Numbered from the stretch's first letter, positions 1 through 12,890 are shown. The stretch is DNA of 64,000 bases from Octopus sinensis (GCF_006345805.1 NC_043008.1:51212001-51276000); one strand, 5' to 3'. Notes: generated by a model from the letters alone, not told the origin. Numbers and translations: made by a program.

Positions 1-866
1 GTTTATTGCTGTTCTTGTTTTATGTTCATTGTCCGGAAATCTTTTGTCACACACCTGCCGCTTCTTCAGCGGCTCTCCATCACACGTGTCTCCTGTTATG
101 TTTAGTCAATTTTAGTCTTTGACTTATCTCGATCATTGGGACCGCCATAAAGCATCGAAACTCTATTCCCTCCAGCGCCGCCGAAAACGACACACCATTT
201 GCATGATGTGGAGAATATACTACCGGCATTGCACAGATGACCTCAGCATCAGCTTCAAACTTCATCCAAGGCTAGGACCAGTGAGATAAATCCCAGCGTC
301 TTCCAGCGCAGAGACCACCAGATCACTTGATTTCAACCTTCCTTGGTCTTGTCAATGACGGACGCTTGACGGCTAGTGGTAGCAGCGAGCCATCTCCTCG
401 CTAGTACTATGTGGATAAACAGTGCAAGAACTGGCGGTGTTGTCGCGCTTATATATGAGCGACAGAGGCAGTATCAATATGGAGAAGTAGTATTCATCCT
501 CACTTGAACGCGGACGTTCTATTAGAACAAACTATACTGCGATAGTTACCAAGAGTGACACTCTCATATTGCCTTTTGGTGCAAAATGCATTCTTGTTTA
601 TATCGCCAGTGAGTCGGAGAACAGGAATTGGAAAGGGCACTTTTCCTTGGTGTTCAGGGAGATCTTGAAACGTGGGGTTCCTCGATTATCCCAAGAAGTC
701 CCCCTGTTTCAGGAAGACCGCGTCACGATCGTCTTTTCTTCCCTTTCTTTTAGCTGTTGTATACTAAGTATACTTTTCCCTCTTTGTTTTATTGTACACT
801 GTGTATACTTCATATATACATGTATGTGTGTGTGAGTGTGTATGATCTTTTCATTATATGTAACCC

Positions 867-1000
867 CTCACACACACACACACATACACACACACATACA
901 CACACACATACACACACACACATACACACACACATACACACACACATACACACACACATACACACACACATACACACACACACATACACACACACATACA
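867..1000. repeat. (CA)n/(CACATA)n microsatellite
   Basis: Direct reading of the sequence; explains the HT/VC-repeat ORFs. Confidence 0.95.
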
Positions 1001-1059
1001 TACTCAATGTCTGTCTTTGTATTGTCCCCCACATCATTCGCCCTCGCAGCAAATAAAAG

Positions 1060-1171
1060 AAATCATTATCATTGTTATCTTCGCCATCACCATCATCATC
1101 CTCATCACCATCACCATCATCATCATCATCATCATCACCATCATCACCATCACCATCACCATCACCATCAC

Positions 1172-1204
<33 letters not shown>

Positions 1205-1213
1205 TATCATCAT

Positions 1214-1278
<65 letters not shown>

Positions 1279-1339
1279 CCACCACCACCATCATCACCAT
1301 CATCATCATCATCACCATCATCATCATCACCATCATCAC

Positions 1340-1372
<33 letters not shown>

Positions 1373-1466
1373 GGAAAACATTATTATAAGAATTATGATA
1401 TTAAAAATCATGAATATTCTCAAGATAAAGGAAACAATCATCATCATCGTCATCATCATCATCATC

Positions 1467-1518
<52 letters not shown>

Positions 1519-1520
1519 CT
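1060..1520. repeat. (CAT/CAC)n followed by (AAT)n microsatellite
   Basis: Direct reading; source of the poly-H/I/S/M ORFs. Confidence 0.95.
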
Positions 1521-1734
1521 GATAATAATACTAAATAATGGTCTCGTTGTGGCTACTGTTCTCTGTTTAATCAATTGTAGTTAAACAGGATTTGTTTTCT
1601 TGTTTTATTCTATTTATTAATTTGTTGGCGTCTTTATTCCGCCATGTTTGAATAATATTTTTATTTTGTTTTCCTTTCCATGTTTTCCGCCTTGTCTCTT
1701 GAAAATACCTGGTATTATCAACTTTCCATTGTAC

Positions 1735-2634
1735 CAAACATCACCACCACCGCCACAACCACAACCATTATCATCATCATCATCACCATTATCATCACTG
1801 CCAACATCATCAACATCCTTCTCATAATCATCATCATCGTCGTCATCATAGTCGTCATCATTATAATCATTTTCTTCTTCTTCTTCTTCTTCTTCTTCTT
1901 CTTCTTCTTCTTCTTCTTCTTCTTCTTCTTCTTCCACTACCACCACCACCACCACCACCTCCATCATCATCATCTTCATCATTTTCGTCTTCTTCACCAC
2001 CACCACATAATCAACTTCAGCCTCTTCTTCCTCAACCTCGTCCTCATGGTCATCATCATCATCATCATCATCACTTCGCTTTCCTTTTTCTTATTTGTCA
2101 TCTCCCCCCCACCACCACCACCACCACGACCATCAACATCATCATAATCAATTTCAATATCCTCCTCCTCCTCACCATCATCATCGCCATCGTCATCTTC
2201 ATCTTCTTCGCCACCACCACCACCACGAACCGTATTTTTATCACCATGAGAACATCTACAACCACCGCAACGACTACAACAACAATAACAACAACCACAA
2301 CACCAGGACAACAACCACAACCCCAAAATTCCTTTTTTCTTTTAATCACCGCATATTATCACTTTAATCTTTCCCCCATTCCTTGTTCTTGACGTTACCA
2401 TCGTCGTCGTCGTGGATATAGTATTGGTGGTGGTGGTAGTCGTGGTGGTGGTGGTCGTGGTCGTGGTGGTGGTGGTGGTTCGTGGTGGTGGTGGTGGTCG
2501 TGGTGTGGTGGTGGTGTAGTCGTGGTGGTGTGGTGGTGGTGGTGGTGGGTGGTGGTGGAGCTGGTGTGGTGGTGGTGGTGGTGGTGTGGTGTGCTGGTGG
2601 TGTTGGTGTGGTGCTGGTGGGGTGCTGGTGGTGG

Positions 2635-2665
<31 letters not shown>

Positions 2666-3220
2666 GGTGGTGGTGGTGCTGGTGGTGCTGGTGCTGGTGG
2701 TGGTGGTGGTGGTGGTGGTGTGCTGGTGGTCGTGGTGGTCGTGGTGGTGGTGGTCGTGGTCGTGGGGTGGTGGTGGTGGTGGTAGTCGTGGTGGTGGTGG
2801 TGATGGTGGTGGTGCTGGTGGTGGTGCTGGTGGTGGTGGTGGTGGTGGTGGTGGTGGTGGTGGTGGTGGTCGTGGTGAAGTTGGTACCGTCGTCGCTGTA
2901 GGTCCCTTTGTTGTTGTTGCTGTTGTTCTTGTAGCTAGTCACCATCGTCGTCGTTATTATTATTCTTATTGTCAGTGTTGTTGTTTGTTGTTAATTTTTG
3001 TAGTTGTCGTCGGAGTCATCGGCGTCGTCAGCGGAAACGGAGTTACCTCTCTCATTGTAGTTGTCGCTGTTGTTGTTCCTTCTAATCTTCTTGTTGCTGT
3101 TGCTGGTTTTTGTTGTTGTTGTTCTTCTTCTTGCTGCTTCTGAGTTCATTGTCATTGCAGCTGCAACAGCTGTAGTTGTCGTTGATGTTGTTATTGTTGT
3201 TGCTGCCGCTGCTATCGACA
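1735..3220. repeat. Compound trinucleotide array: (CAT/CAC), (CTT)n ~1872-1935, (GGT)n ~2425-2880, (GTT/GCT)n
   Basis: Direct reading. Confidence 0.9.
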
Positions 3221-3409
3221 AATACCTTTGAACACAATATCAGAAAATTGGAGGCAAATTCAGATAATGGACTGGGCAGTGATAAAGAATGAAAGATACA
3301 ACGACAACAACATCATCTTCATCATTATCATCAGCAGCAGCAGCAGCAATAAGGGCAAAAACAACCCTAACAAAAACGAAAACTATAATCGCAACAACGG
3401 TGAAAGCAC

Positions 3410-3557
3410 AGGTGTGACCGAATGTTAAGAAGCTTGCATTCCAACCATGTCGTTCTAGTTTCAGTAGCGCTGCATGGTACCTTGGACAAGTACCTTCTAC
3501 TAAAGCCACAGGGCGAATAAATCCTTGTGAGTGGATTTGGCAAACGAAAACTAAAGG

Positions 3558-3593
<36 letters not shown>

Positions 3594-4170
3594 GAGAGAG
3601 AGAGAGAGAGAGAGTAGGAGAGACAGAGAGACAGAGAGCGTAGGCTCGAAACGTTAAAGACATTTTCACCTCCGAGAGTTAAACTAATGCATCTGTTTGT
3701 TGTCTACACCACCTGTCTTCGTCTTTTGTTTTTTTGTGAATTCTTCCCATATATATATACCTTCATATATACATACACACATATATATATAAACATATAT
3801 AGATAGATAGATAGATAAATAATTGTATATATATACAAATATATGCATGCACATATACATACATGCATGCATATGTACGTGCATGCACAAACATACATAC
3901 ATGCCTATATACATGCATACATACATACGTTCATACATACATACATAGATTTGTGTGTGTTTGTGGTTGCATTGCTCCAGCTACTACGACCAGTCGACAA
4001 CCGGTCTTGGTGTGTTTACGTTCCCATTAGCAGTTCGGCAAAAGAGAACTAGATAATAAGCCCCAATCTTTTAACAAAGACACACAAGCGCTGGTGTTAG
4101 TTCGTTCGACTAAAATTCTTTAAGGCGGTGCCCCAGCATGGCCACCGAAATGAATGAATGAAACAAATAA
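3410..4170 (+). mobile_element. Degenerate SINE family A copy, split by microsatellites and a hammerhead-family fragment
   Basis: 5' half (cttggacaagt...gtgagtggatttgg) and 3' half (ttagcagttcggcaaaagaga...gccccagcatggcc) match the intact copy at 21503-21920. Confidence 0.75.
3636..3750 (+). mobile_element. 5'-truncated copy of the hammerhead-bearing repeat also at ~10040-10220
   Basis: GAGCGTAGGCTCGAAACGTT and the downstream gttaaactaat.catctgtttgttgt tail are shared with 10105-10220. Confidence 0.7.
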
Positions 4171-4578
4171 TAGAGAGTATATAAGAGACAAATGATAAAT
4201 GATTATCGTCATAGGCAAGAAGAACGACATCAATATCAACTATAACAACAACAACAGCAACGACAACATTGTTAATATATGAATATATTAAAAAATAGGA
4301 ATTAAATAAAATATTCTAAGGATGGAATATGGCGGATATTATATCAATGCAAGATGACGGAAATAGCGTGGGATGATAAGGAAGAATTTAATGAATTGGA
4401 TAAAGTTATTTCATACATTGGCCACAAGGACAAAATATGTGGAGACCTTGCAAAGACAGGCTACAAAGCTGTGAGGACGAAGGAGGTGTTGGATTGGGTA
4501 AGAAAGATTTGTATGAAATTATAGGAATACAAGTATATATATATATATATATAATGTATATCTATCTGTCTATCTATG

Positions 4579-4639
<61 letters not shown>

Positions 4640-4659
4640 GTAAATGTGTCTGTGCTGTG

Positions 4660-6010
4660 TGCACGTTTCACCAAGAAATGGGCTGGGAGGAAGCTATCAC
4701 CGAAAGGTCGAGCGGATGTCGCGAATGCGTACATCGCGCCCGTCATCTACTACCGCTTGACCGTCATGCTTTGCCCCCTATCGCGCCTCGGCAAGTTAGA
4801 ACGCCTCCTCTTCAAATTACTGTAGAGGGGATAGGTTCCATTGATGAGGCGGTCCATCTGTTGCTAACACCCGCTACGCGGAGGGCTGGCTATGCCGTGG
4901 CTAATGATGCGCAGACATGCGCTGAGGCTGCGGCATCTCCAGATATTCTGCCTAAACGGCGAACAGGTGTGGTCGCCGTTCGTCAAACAGGCTTTTCCAC
5001 AGCTCGTCTTCTTGACTGAGCTGCAGTCCTAGATCAAGGAGAGACCAAGGTAGGGTGACTGCCATCTGGAATGTTGCCAGGCACTCACTACCCTCTATCA
5101 GGTGGGCAATGCGATCAGTAGAACATCACTCTTGAGTTCTATAGACGGTTAGTGGAGAGAAAGAGCGATGATGCACTTGGAGAGACGCTAGACGTTGACA
5201 AAGTCGAACTCACCAGTCTGTTGAGGAGGACTTTCGAGCCGGGAATGATGGATAACGTCCAGAAATCCCTAGCCCGGCAATGCTACCGAGGAGCACTGCC
5301 GGTTCGAGATAAACTCTACGGGCACGGAAGTTCTGTCTGACGGACTTGCTCGAGATGCCGTTCTACACGCACTCGTCCAGTGTCCTTGCATTACTGACTT
5401 GTGGAGTTATGTTGAACAGCTGTTATCACGTGTAGGACGCATCCGGCTATCGGCCAAGTTCATAGTGACGATTGATCCGCCACTTTCCATTGGTCCGGAA
5501 GGGCAGACAATTTTCCTCTGTGTCATAGCAGTTGCGAAAGGTTGTATGGTGGACCAGGGTGAAAGGACTGAAGGGAGACACTTTTCTCTTCGGTCAATCA
5601 TTCAGATTTCAGATTTCATCTGGAAAGGAAGATGAGGGTGGAGAGAGAAGTGCTCCCAGTACATTTGCTAAAAGGTTGGTCAATGTAGCGAAAATGACAC
5701 GTGTGAGTGGACAGACTCTAAAAATGCGTCTGTAGGCTAGTGAATTTGAGAGGGAGAAAGGTGCTCTTCCCAGATGCCCTCGAAGTGTCGAGTGGTTTAG
5801 GATTGCTGGGGTACCTGAGCCAACTCTAGGTAGTTACCTCCCCACTATTGAGGAACTTTCATTGTTATATTCTTTAGCTGGATATCATTATTATTGTCTT
5901 AATTGTGTACTTAATCGTTGTTTCTGTGTGAAATCCACACTGTCCATGTCTACTGTATCGTCCCCTATATGTCGATCTTAGTGGCTAATAAATGAAATAA
6001 TAATAATAAT
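4660..6010 (+). mobile_element. 5'-truncated fossil L1/Tx1-type LINE (ORF2 C-terminus, zinc knuckle, 3' UTR, AATAAA, (TAA)n tail)
   Basis: Manual translation KWAGRKLSPKGRADVANAYIAPVIYYRLTV...GGLAMPWL, then ALPVRDKLY..RTCSRC..VLHALVQC..LWSYVE; typical post-RT and CCHC region of Tx1/L1 ORF2, with stops and frameshifts. Confidence 0.8.
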
Positions 6011-6042
6011 ATATTATTATTATCATTATCATTATATAATAA

Positions 6043-6258
6043 GGCGGTAACCTGGCAGAATCGTTTGCACGCTAGATGCAATGCTTAGCGGTATTTCGCC
6101 TTTCACTACGTTCTGAGTTCAAATTTCGCTGAGGTCGACTTTGCCTTTCATCATTTCGGGGTCGATATATTAAGTACCAGTTGAGTACTGGGGTCGATGT
6201 AATCAACTATCTCGCACTTCTCCAAATTTCAAGCCTTGTGCCTATAAAAGAAAGGATT
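6043..6258 (+). mobile_element. SINE family B (tRNA-like head, conserved core), tail type 2
   Basis: ggcgg..ctggcagaa head, gagttcaaat B-box-like motif, core gaggtcgactttgcctttcatc...taagtaccag...ggggtcgat, ends at (ATT)n. Confidence 0.85.
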
Positions 6259-6272
6259 GTTGTTCTTGTTGA

Positions 6273-6309
<37 letters not shown>

Positions 6310-6337
6310 GTCGTTGTTTTTGTTGTTGTTGTCGTCG

Positions 6338-6377
<40 letters not shown>

Positions 6378-6380
6378 CAT

Positions 6381-6935
6381 TGAGTGAGAGAGCAGTTCAT
6401 GCCATCAAAGTGACACTGAGGTAAAATATACGAAGCCCAATATACCCATTATGACTACCCGTCTGATAAGGGTACACCAGGCACATGCATCACAACCATA
6501 TGTGCGCGACATGGTGATCTCATATCAAGATAGACAGCACATGACCTTGCTGTTGGGGCCCAGTTATAATTTTCTTCAGGTTGAGTAGCCCATCCCGCTC
6601 AAAAGGTCTCTGAATAAGGGTTGTTTAAGGATGTTGAAAGAACCACACATGCTTCCAAAGGTGAATTATTCAACCCCCAAAAAATCCCTCTCAACACATG
6701 GCTATGATGCTCCCCCACTACTTCTGCTCGTGATCAGAGATGCACATATCGTCAACCACTAAGCGACATGCTCAACTGGTCAAGGTCAAACAACTGACAA
6801 GCAAATCTGTGGTATTAAGCAGAATATTTGCTGTAGCCCACCTTTTATACCAAGACAAAACAATGTACATGATAATACTTCCAATCAGTTAAGATCAGAA
6901 GCCATGAGAGCCACTGCCTTGTACTGCATCAGGGC

Positions 6936-6940
<5 letters not shown>
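6381..6940. mobile_element. ~560-bp non-coding interspersed element flanked on both sides by (ATT)n
   Basis: Diverged second copy at 29574-29888; no ORF. Confidence 0.7.
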
Positions 6941-6995
<55 letters not shown>

Positions 6996-6999
6996 CAAC

Positions 7000-7140
7000 T
7001 GTGGCAGTTCAAATCCCGCCAATGTCGACTTTGCCTGCAATCCTATCGGAATCGACAAGATAAGTACCAGTCGGACACTGGGGTCGATGTAATCAACTAG
7101 CTCCTCCCACCCCCGCCCACAGACATTGCTGGCCTTTTTT
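7000..7140 (+). mobile_element. SINE family B, 5'-truncated
   Basis: Core gtcgactttgcc...taagtaccag...ggggtcgatgtaatcaact. Confidence 0.75.
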
Positions 7141-7962
7141 TGGCAAAATTTGAAACCAGTTCTATCGTCTAATATTGTTGTTGATGCTGTTGATATTACA
7201 GTTGTTGTCGCCATTTTACTTTCGGCGTTAGTTGTTGTTATTGTCGGTGTTGTTGTGCTTGTTGTTACCAATATACCACCACCGCCGCCGCCGCCGCCGT
7301 CGACGATGACGACGACGATGACAATGAGGTCGTCGTCGTTGTCATCGTTGGTGATGTTGGCGTTGTTAACGTTGCTGTCAAAATCGCTTTTGTTGTTGCT
7401 CCTTGACATGGAATACAATGGAAAACAGTAGAAAAGGAGAATTTTTATTTGGTGCCAAGAGAGAAGAATTTGGATGGTTTTCTTGCTCCGTCTAATTATA
7501 TAATAATAAGAAAGAATTTAGTTGCAGGCAGTTTTTTCTCTGGAATGGTTGGAGAGAAACCTCTTGAAAAATCGTAACATCGCCATCTTGCGGAATTGAT
7601 TCACAAAAATGTAATTGTTTACAGAAGATTAACTCCCCAAGACACACACACACACACACACATACACAAATACACACACACCCCTCTCTCTCATACACAC
7701 ACACCCCTTTCTCTCATACACACACACACACAAACACCCCACACACAAACACACACACACACACTCACACTCACACACACATACACACACACAGCACTCT
7801 CTCTCTCTCATACACACACACGCTCACATACACACGCAGAATCAACGCAAGCGGACACATGCGTACAAACAACTTAGACACTTAGATATAACATACACAC
7901 AAACATCCAAACACACGCACGCGCACGCACACACACACGTCCTCCAGACACACAGCCGTACA

Positions 7963-7997
<35 letters not shown>

Positions 7998-8089
7998 TTC
8001 CTAATAACTATACAGTCAAACCCTCAGTTGCATATATCAGTATGTACTGTGTGCGTGTGTGCGTGTGTAATAGATAGATCGCACTCATA

Positions 8090-8096
8090 TATATAC

Positions 8097-8181
<85 letters not shown>

Positions 8182-8197
8182 ACTATCTATCTGTCTG

Positions 8198-8245
<48 letters not shown>

Positions 8246-8266
8246 CACACACAAGAATGTAATATA

Positions 8267-8349
<83 letters not shown>

Positions 8350-8861
8350 CATACATATGCATACATATATACATACACATATATATGTATAATATATACA
8401 AGTTAAGTGCTGAAAGGTACATGGTGTGTGTGTGTGTATGTGTGTGTGTGTGTGTATGTGTGTGTGTGTGTGTATGTGTGTGCGTGCGTGTATATTTGTG
8501 CACATGTGCATTGGATGCATAGAGGTAAAGAAAGAGAGGAGAGAGGATGGAAAGAGTGACGGATAGACTTGGTGCAACACAGTATAGAATTCAATGCATG
8601 TGTAGAAATATATATTTAAAACGCTGAAACTTTGCAAAATGTGTCACGGCCTGGCATGCACGGAATTATCTACCTACATACGTGCCTACGTACCTACCTA
8701 CGCAACTACGCACCTGCGTACCTACATACATACGTACGTACGTATCTACCTACATACATACGTACGTATCTACCTACCTACATACCTACCTACCTACCTA
8801 CATACATACATACCTACTCATCTCTCTATCTATCTATCTATCTATCTATCATCTATCTATG

Positions 8862-8900
<39 letters not shown>
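8090..8900. repeat. Compound (TATC)n, (TA)n, (GA)n, (TG)n, (TACC/TACA)n microsatellites
   Basis: Direct reading. Confidence 0.9.
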
Positions 8901-8922
8901 TTATATTTCGTTCATATATATC

Positions 8923-9810
8923 CGTGGTCTGATCAATAAGTATCCGGACTGTTGCTATAGTAACGAAGCTAAAGCTTGCAGAGTGAAGCCGCTTGGTAAA
9001 GATTGACCTTGAACTCTGCTACGTGTATGTCGTTTACCTTACTTCCACTAAGTCCTAGCTTACTTCTGTTGTTTACAGCAGTACTTGGAAGGAAGGTGTG
9101 TGGTGTGTGATCGTCGCATTGACCATGACAGAGAAAGTTGAGCAAAGAATCTACCTCAAATTTTGCCAATAGCTTGGCGATACCTGTTCAGAGGCCTATT
9201 CGAAGTTTTTATCGTTCTCGACAGAATCAAAGAGATCTTGTGGCTCTAAATCCCGAATGTTCTCTTTGTCAGCTGAAAGCAGTTTTGGTACAAACTTGGC
9301 AGACACGCGTTTCATACCCAAATCTTCTGTGATAATGGACAGAACAGAACCATAACTAATCTGCACATCCTCTGATAATTCACAAATGGTGAATGACGAT
9401 TTCCCCCCACAGCTGCACGCACAACTGCGATGCTTTTTCTGATCTGCTGGTTGCGGGTCTCCCAGCACGTTCGTCAATATCGACGTTTTTTCGGACATCT
9501 TGGGAACGTCTGAACCACTCGTACACCTGTGTGCGGCTCCTACACTCCTCTCCATACCCTTTCTGTAACTTTGCGTAAGCCTCTGAGCAGGTATCGCCAT
9601 GAGAACTTTCTGTCATAGTCAATGCAATGATCACACGCTACACACCTTCCATCCAAGCACTGCTGTAAACAACTGAAGTGAGCTAGATCATTAAAACTTA
9701 GTGGTCATGCACAGCAGAGTTCAAGGTCAATCTTTACCGAGCTGTTTCACTCTACATGATTTAGCTTCTTCACTATGGCAACAGTCCAGATAATTATTGG
9801 TCAGACCTCG
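8923..9810 (-). mobile_element. Mariner-derived non-autonomous element with two 5' ends (long inverted arms)
   Basis: TIR cg(t/a)ggtctga(t/c)caataa; TA at the right end; N-terminal transposase remnants GDTCSEAY..RTQVYEWF..ERAGRP and ISYGSV..LGMKRVSAKFVPKLL; no DDD domain. Confidence 0.85.
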
Positions 9811-10039
9811 TATACATCTTCCACACACACATATGATGAAGGTATTGGATGATATCCTGATACTCAACTAAGAGTCCACCACATCTTATACCAGAAAGAG
9901 CTGTAAGGTAATGAAGTTCATTACGTAACATCTGACTTTTTCGGAGTCGTCTCTTTGTATTACCATTCTACATTGATGTAACATTGTGTTCCAGACTATA
10001 CGTATATTGAACTCTACACCGGGTTATTAGTCTTGCTAT

Positions 10040-10216
10040 GCCTAAGCGATGTATATATATTCTATGTTCTCTCCCTGTTTATTTTTGTGTTCCTTTCTGT
10101 TGAAGAGCGTAAGCTCGAAACGTAAGAGACTTTCTCACTTCCCGGGCGTTAAACTAATACATCTGTTTGTTGTTTACACACCCGTCCTCGTCTTTTGGTT
10201 TTTTTTTTGTAAATTC

Positions 10217-10220
<4 letters not shown>
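10040..10220 (+). mobile_element. Short hammerhead-motif-bearing repeat (Penelope pseudo-LTR-like) ending in (TA)n
   Basis: CTGTTGA-A-GAGC GTAA GCTC-GAAACGTA at 10097-10124; tail shared with 3660-3750. Confidence 0.6.
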
Positions 10221-10287
<67 letters not shown>

Positions 10288-10290
10288 TAT

Positions 10291-10640
10291 ATTAAATTAG
10301 AGACAAAACCACTATTAGGCAATCAAACAATGAAAAACTTAAGCCAATACATATGATTAATTTATATTATTTAAATATGTAACAAAATTATTAAAAAATA
10401 TAATTAATATCACACTACGATCGTTTCATGCCTGCTGTCTTCAAATTTTTGAGTCGCAAATTTTTGTTTAAACCTCGCCAAGAAAAATATTTAAACCACC
10501 TGATGAATGACTGATTTGCCTAATAGTGGTTTTGTCTCTAATTTAATATAATATAATATTTTACTATAAAATTGGATTCAATCCTAAATCTGATTTTTCC
10601 CTGTAAGTTTGGATTTATTCCCTAATATTTATTATTAATA
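10291..10640. mobile_element. (TA)n-flanked fold-back element with ~35-bp inverted repeat
   Basis: attaaattagagacaaaaccactattaggcaa (10291-) is inverted at ttgcctaatagtggttttgtctctaatttaat (-10547). Confidence 0.7.
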
Positions 10641-10724
10641 TATATAAATATATATATGTAAGTATATATGTATGTATATATTATATATACATATATATAT
10701 ATATTATATTTCGGAATTTAAACG

Positions 10725-10757
<33 letters not shown>

Positions 10758-10760
10758 GTT

Positions 10761-10798
<38 letters not shown>

Positions 10799-10840
10799 CA
10801 TATACACGCTTATATGCATACGTGTATGTATATATATATA

Positions 10841-10873
<33 letters not shown>

Positions 10874-11290
10874 TAGTGAGATTCAAATTAACACCTATAG
10901 ATTTATGATATAAGCTAAAGTAAGTTAAATAGTTGTAAAAGGTACATCCACTCTATGTGGGTGCGACTTGCATTGAGAGACTTAATATTCACATTTAGAT
11001 TTGGGATTATAAGTTAAATTAGATTGAATTAATTCCGCTTGGCGTATGAAGTGAATTCAATCTCTATCAGTGGAACATGGGTTGAGAGCTTCGAAGCACC
11101 ACATTTAGATTTTATCACAAACCAACTTATGCAAATATCTAAAATATGCAAAACTACCGAGTAGAGAATTTCCGCCTGAAAATAAAATTAAAATAATCCA
11201 AGAAAACGAACGGTTTAAAGAACACCATTTGTTAAGATGATGGAATACGAAGTGATTGAAAAAAAAAAAGAAGGAGAAAGATGCTAAGTA

Positions 11291-11523
11291 CCTATTTCTT
11301 TACTACCCACAAGGGGCTAAACACAGAGAGGACAAACAAGGACAGACAATCAGATTAACTCGATTATATCGACTCCAGTGCGTAACTGGTACTTATTTAA
11401 TCGACCCCGAAAGGATGAAAGGCAAAGTCGACCTCGGCGGAATTTGAACTCAGAACGTAACGGCAGACGAAATACCGCAAAGCATTTCGCCCGGCGTGCT
11501 AACGTTTCTGCCAGCTCGCCGCC
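11291..11523 (-). mobile_element. SINE family B, full length, tail type 1, 15-bp TSD
   Basis: Full consensus match; flanked by aaagatgctaagtac (11277-11291) and aaagatgctacgtac (11526-11540). Confidence 0.9.
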
Positions 11524-11788
11524 TTAAAGATGCTACGTACAAAACAGATTTGGAGAGAGGATACGAACGCAGAATCAAAGATTGACCAAATTAAACAACT
11601 CAATTTTTTTTCTCGCTTCCTACGACTGTACCAGTTCAGTCATTACGTAATAATTATTACAACCAATACTGGTGATTATTTTGTTTTAAAATTATCAACA
11701 AATTACATTATTGCAAAGTAAAAATCAATTTATTTAAAACTGAATAAAAAATGGAAGTGGTACTATTTAATTTTTCTATATTGATCTT

Positions 11789-11789
<1 letters not shown>

Positions 11790-11823
<34 letters not shown>

Positions 11824-11884
11824 GGTGGTGGTGGTGGTGGTGGTGGTGGTGGTAGTAGTAGTAGTAGTGGTGGTAGTGGTAGTC

Positions 11885-11917
<33 letters not shown>

Positions 11918-12007
11918 GTGTAGTAGTAGTGGTAGTAGTGGTGGTGGTGGTGGTGGTAGTAGTAGTAGTGGTAGTGGTGGTGGTGGTGGTGGTGGTAGTA
12001 GTACTAC

Positions 12008-12050
<43 letters not shown>

Positions 12051-12452
12051 CGTGACGGGAGCGGTGGATTTGGAAGTGGTGGTGGTGGTGATGGCAGTGT
12101 ATTCCGCAGTTAATTATCCTCTGCTGGTCATTTTTAATAGTGTTGTCTTCTGTCCTAGCTGGCAGCCATTATCCCAGTACATTCATCTACAAGAAATAAA
12201 CAACTTTCAACACAACAGAAAGTCTCATTACTGTTGCCGCTGTTGCGCTGCTCTCGCTGCTGCTGCTGCGGCTACTACTGCTTCTTCTTTTCTTCTTGTT
12301 GTTGTTGTTGCAGTTGTTGCTGTTGCTACTACTGCTCGATAATTCATTCTACTTCAACATTTTTAACAATAAATTCCACCATGAATGCCGCGCAGACAAA
12401 TCATAAAAGTTGCCGAGGTTTCTCTTTCTCTCTCTCTCTCGCTCAGTATGTC

Positions 12453-12502
<50 letters not shown>

Positions 12503-12777
12503 CGTGTGAGCGTCTATGTATGTATGTATGTACGTATGTATGTATGTATGTATGAATGTATGTATGTAGGTATGTATGAATGTATGAATGATGTATGCAT
12601 GTATGTATGTATGTATGTATGCATGCATGTATGTATTTATATATGTATGTATGTACGTATGCATGTATGTTTGTATGTATGAATGTATATATATATGTAT
12701 GTATGTATATATGTACGTATGTATGTATATATGTATGAATGTATGCATATACGCATGTATGTATGTATGTATGTATG

Positions 12778-12809
<32 letters not shown>

Positions 12810-12890
12810 CATGTACGTATGTATGTATGTATGTATGTATGTATGTATGTATGTATGTATGTATGTATATGTATGTATGTATGTATTCCC
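11790..12890. repeat. (GTA/GTG)n, (TC)n(TG)n and long (TATG)n microsatellites
   Basis: Direct reading. Confidence 0.9.

Noticed and set aside
757-3221. Long ORFs (poly-His, poly-Ile, poly-Val, poly-Thr and similar)
   Set aside because: Stop-free frames of di- and trinucleotide microsatellites. The same applies to most ORFs in the track.
4576-5019. 147-aa ORF
   Set aside because: Off-frame reading of the Tx1/L1 fossil, starting in (TATC)n.
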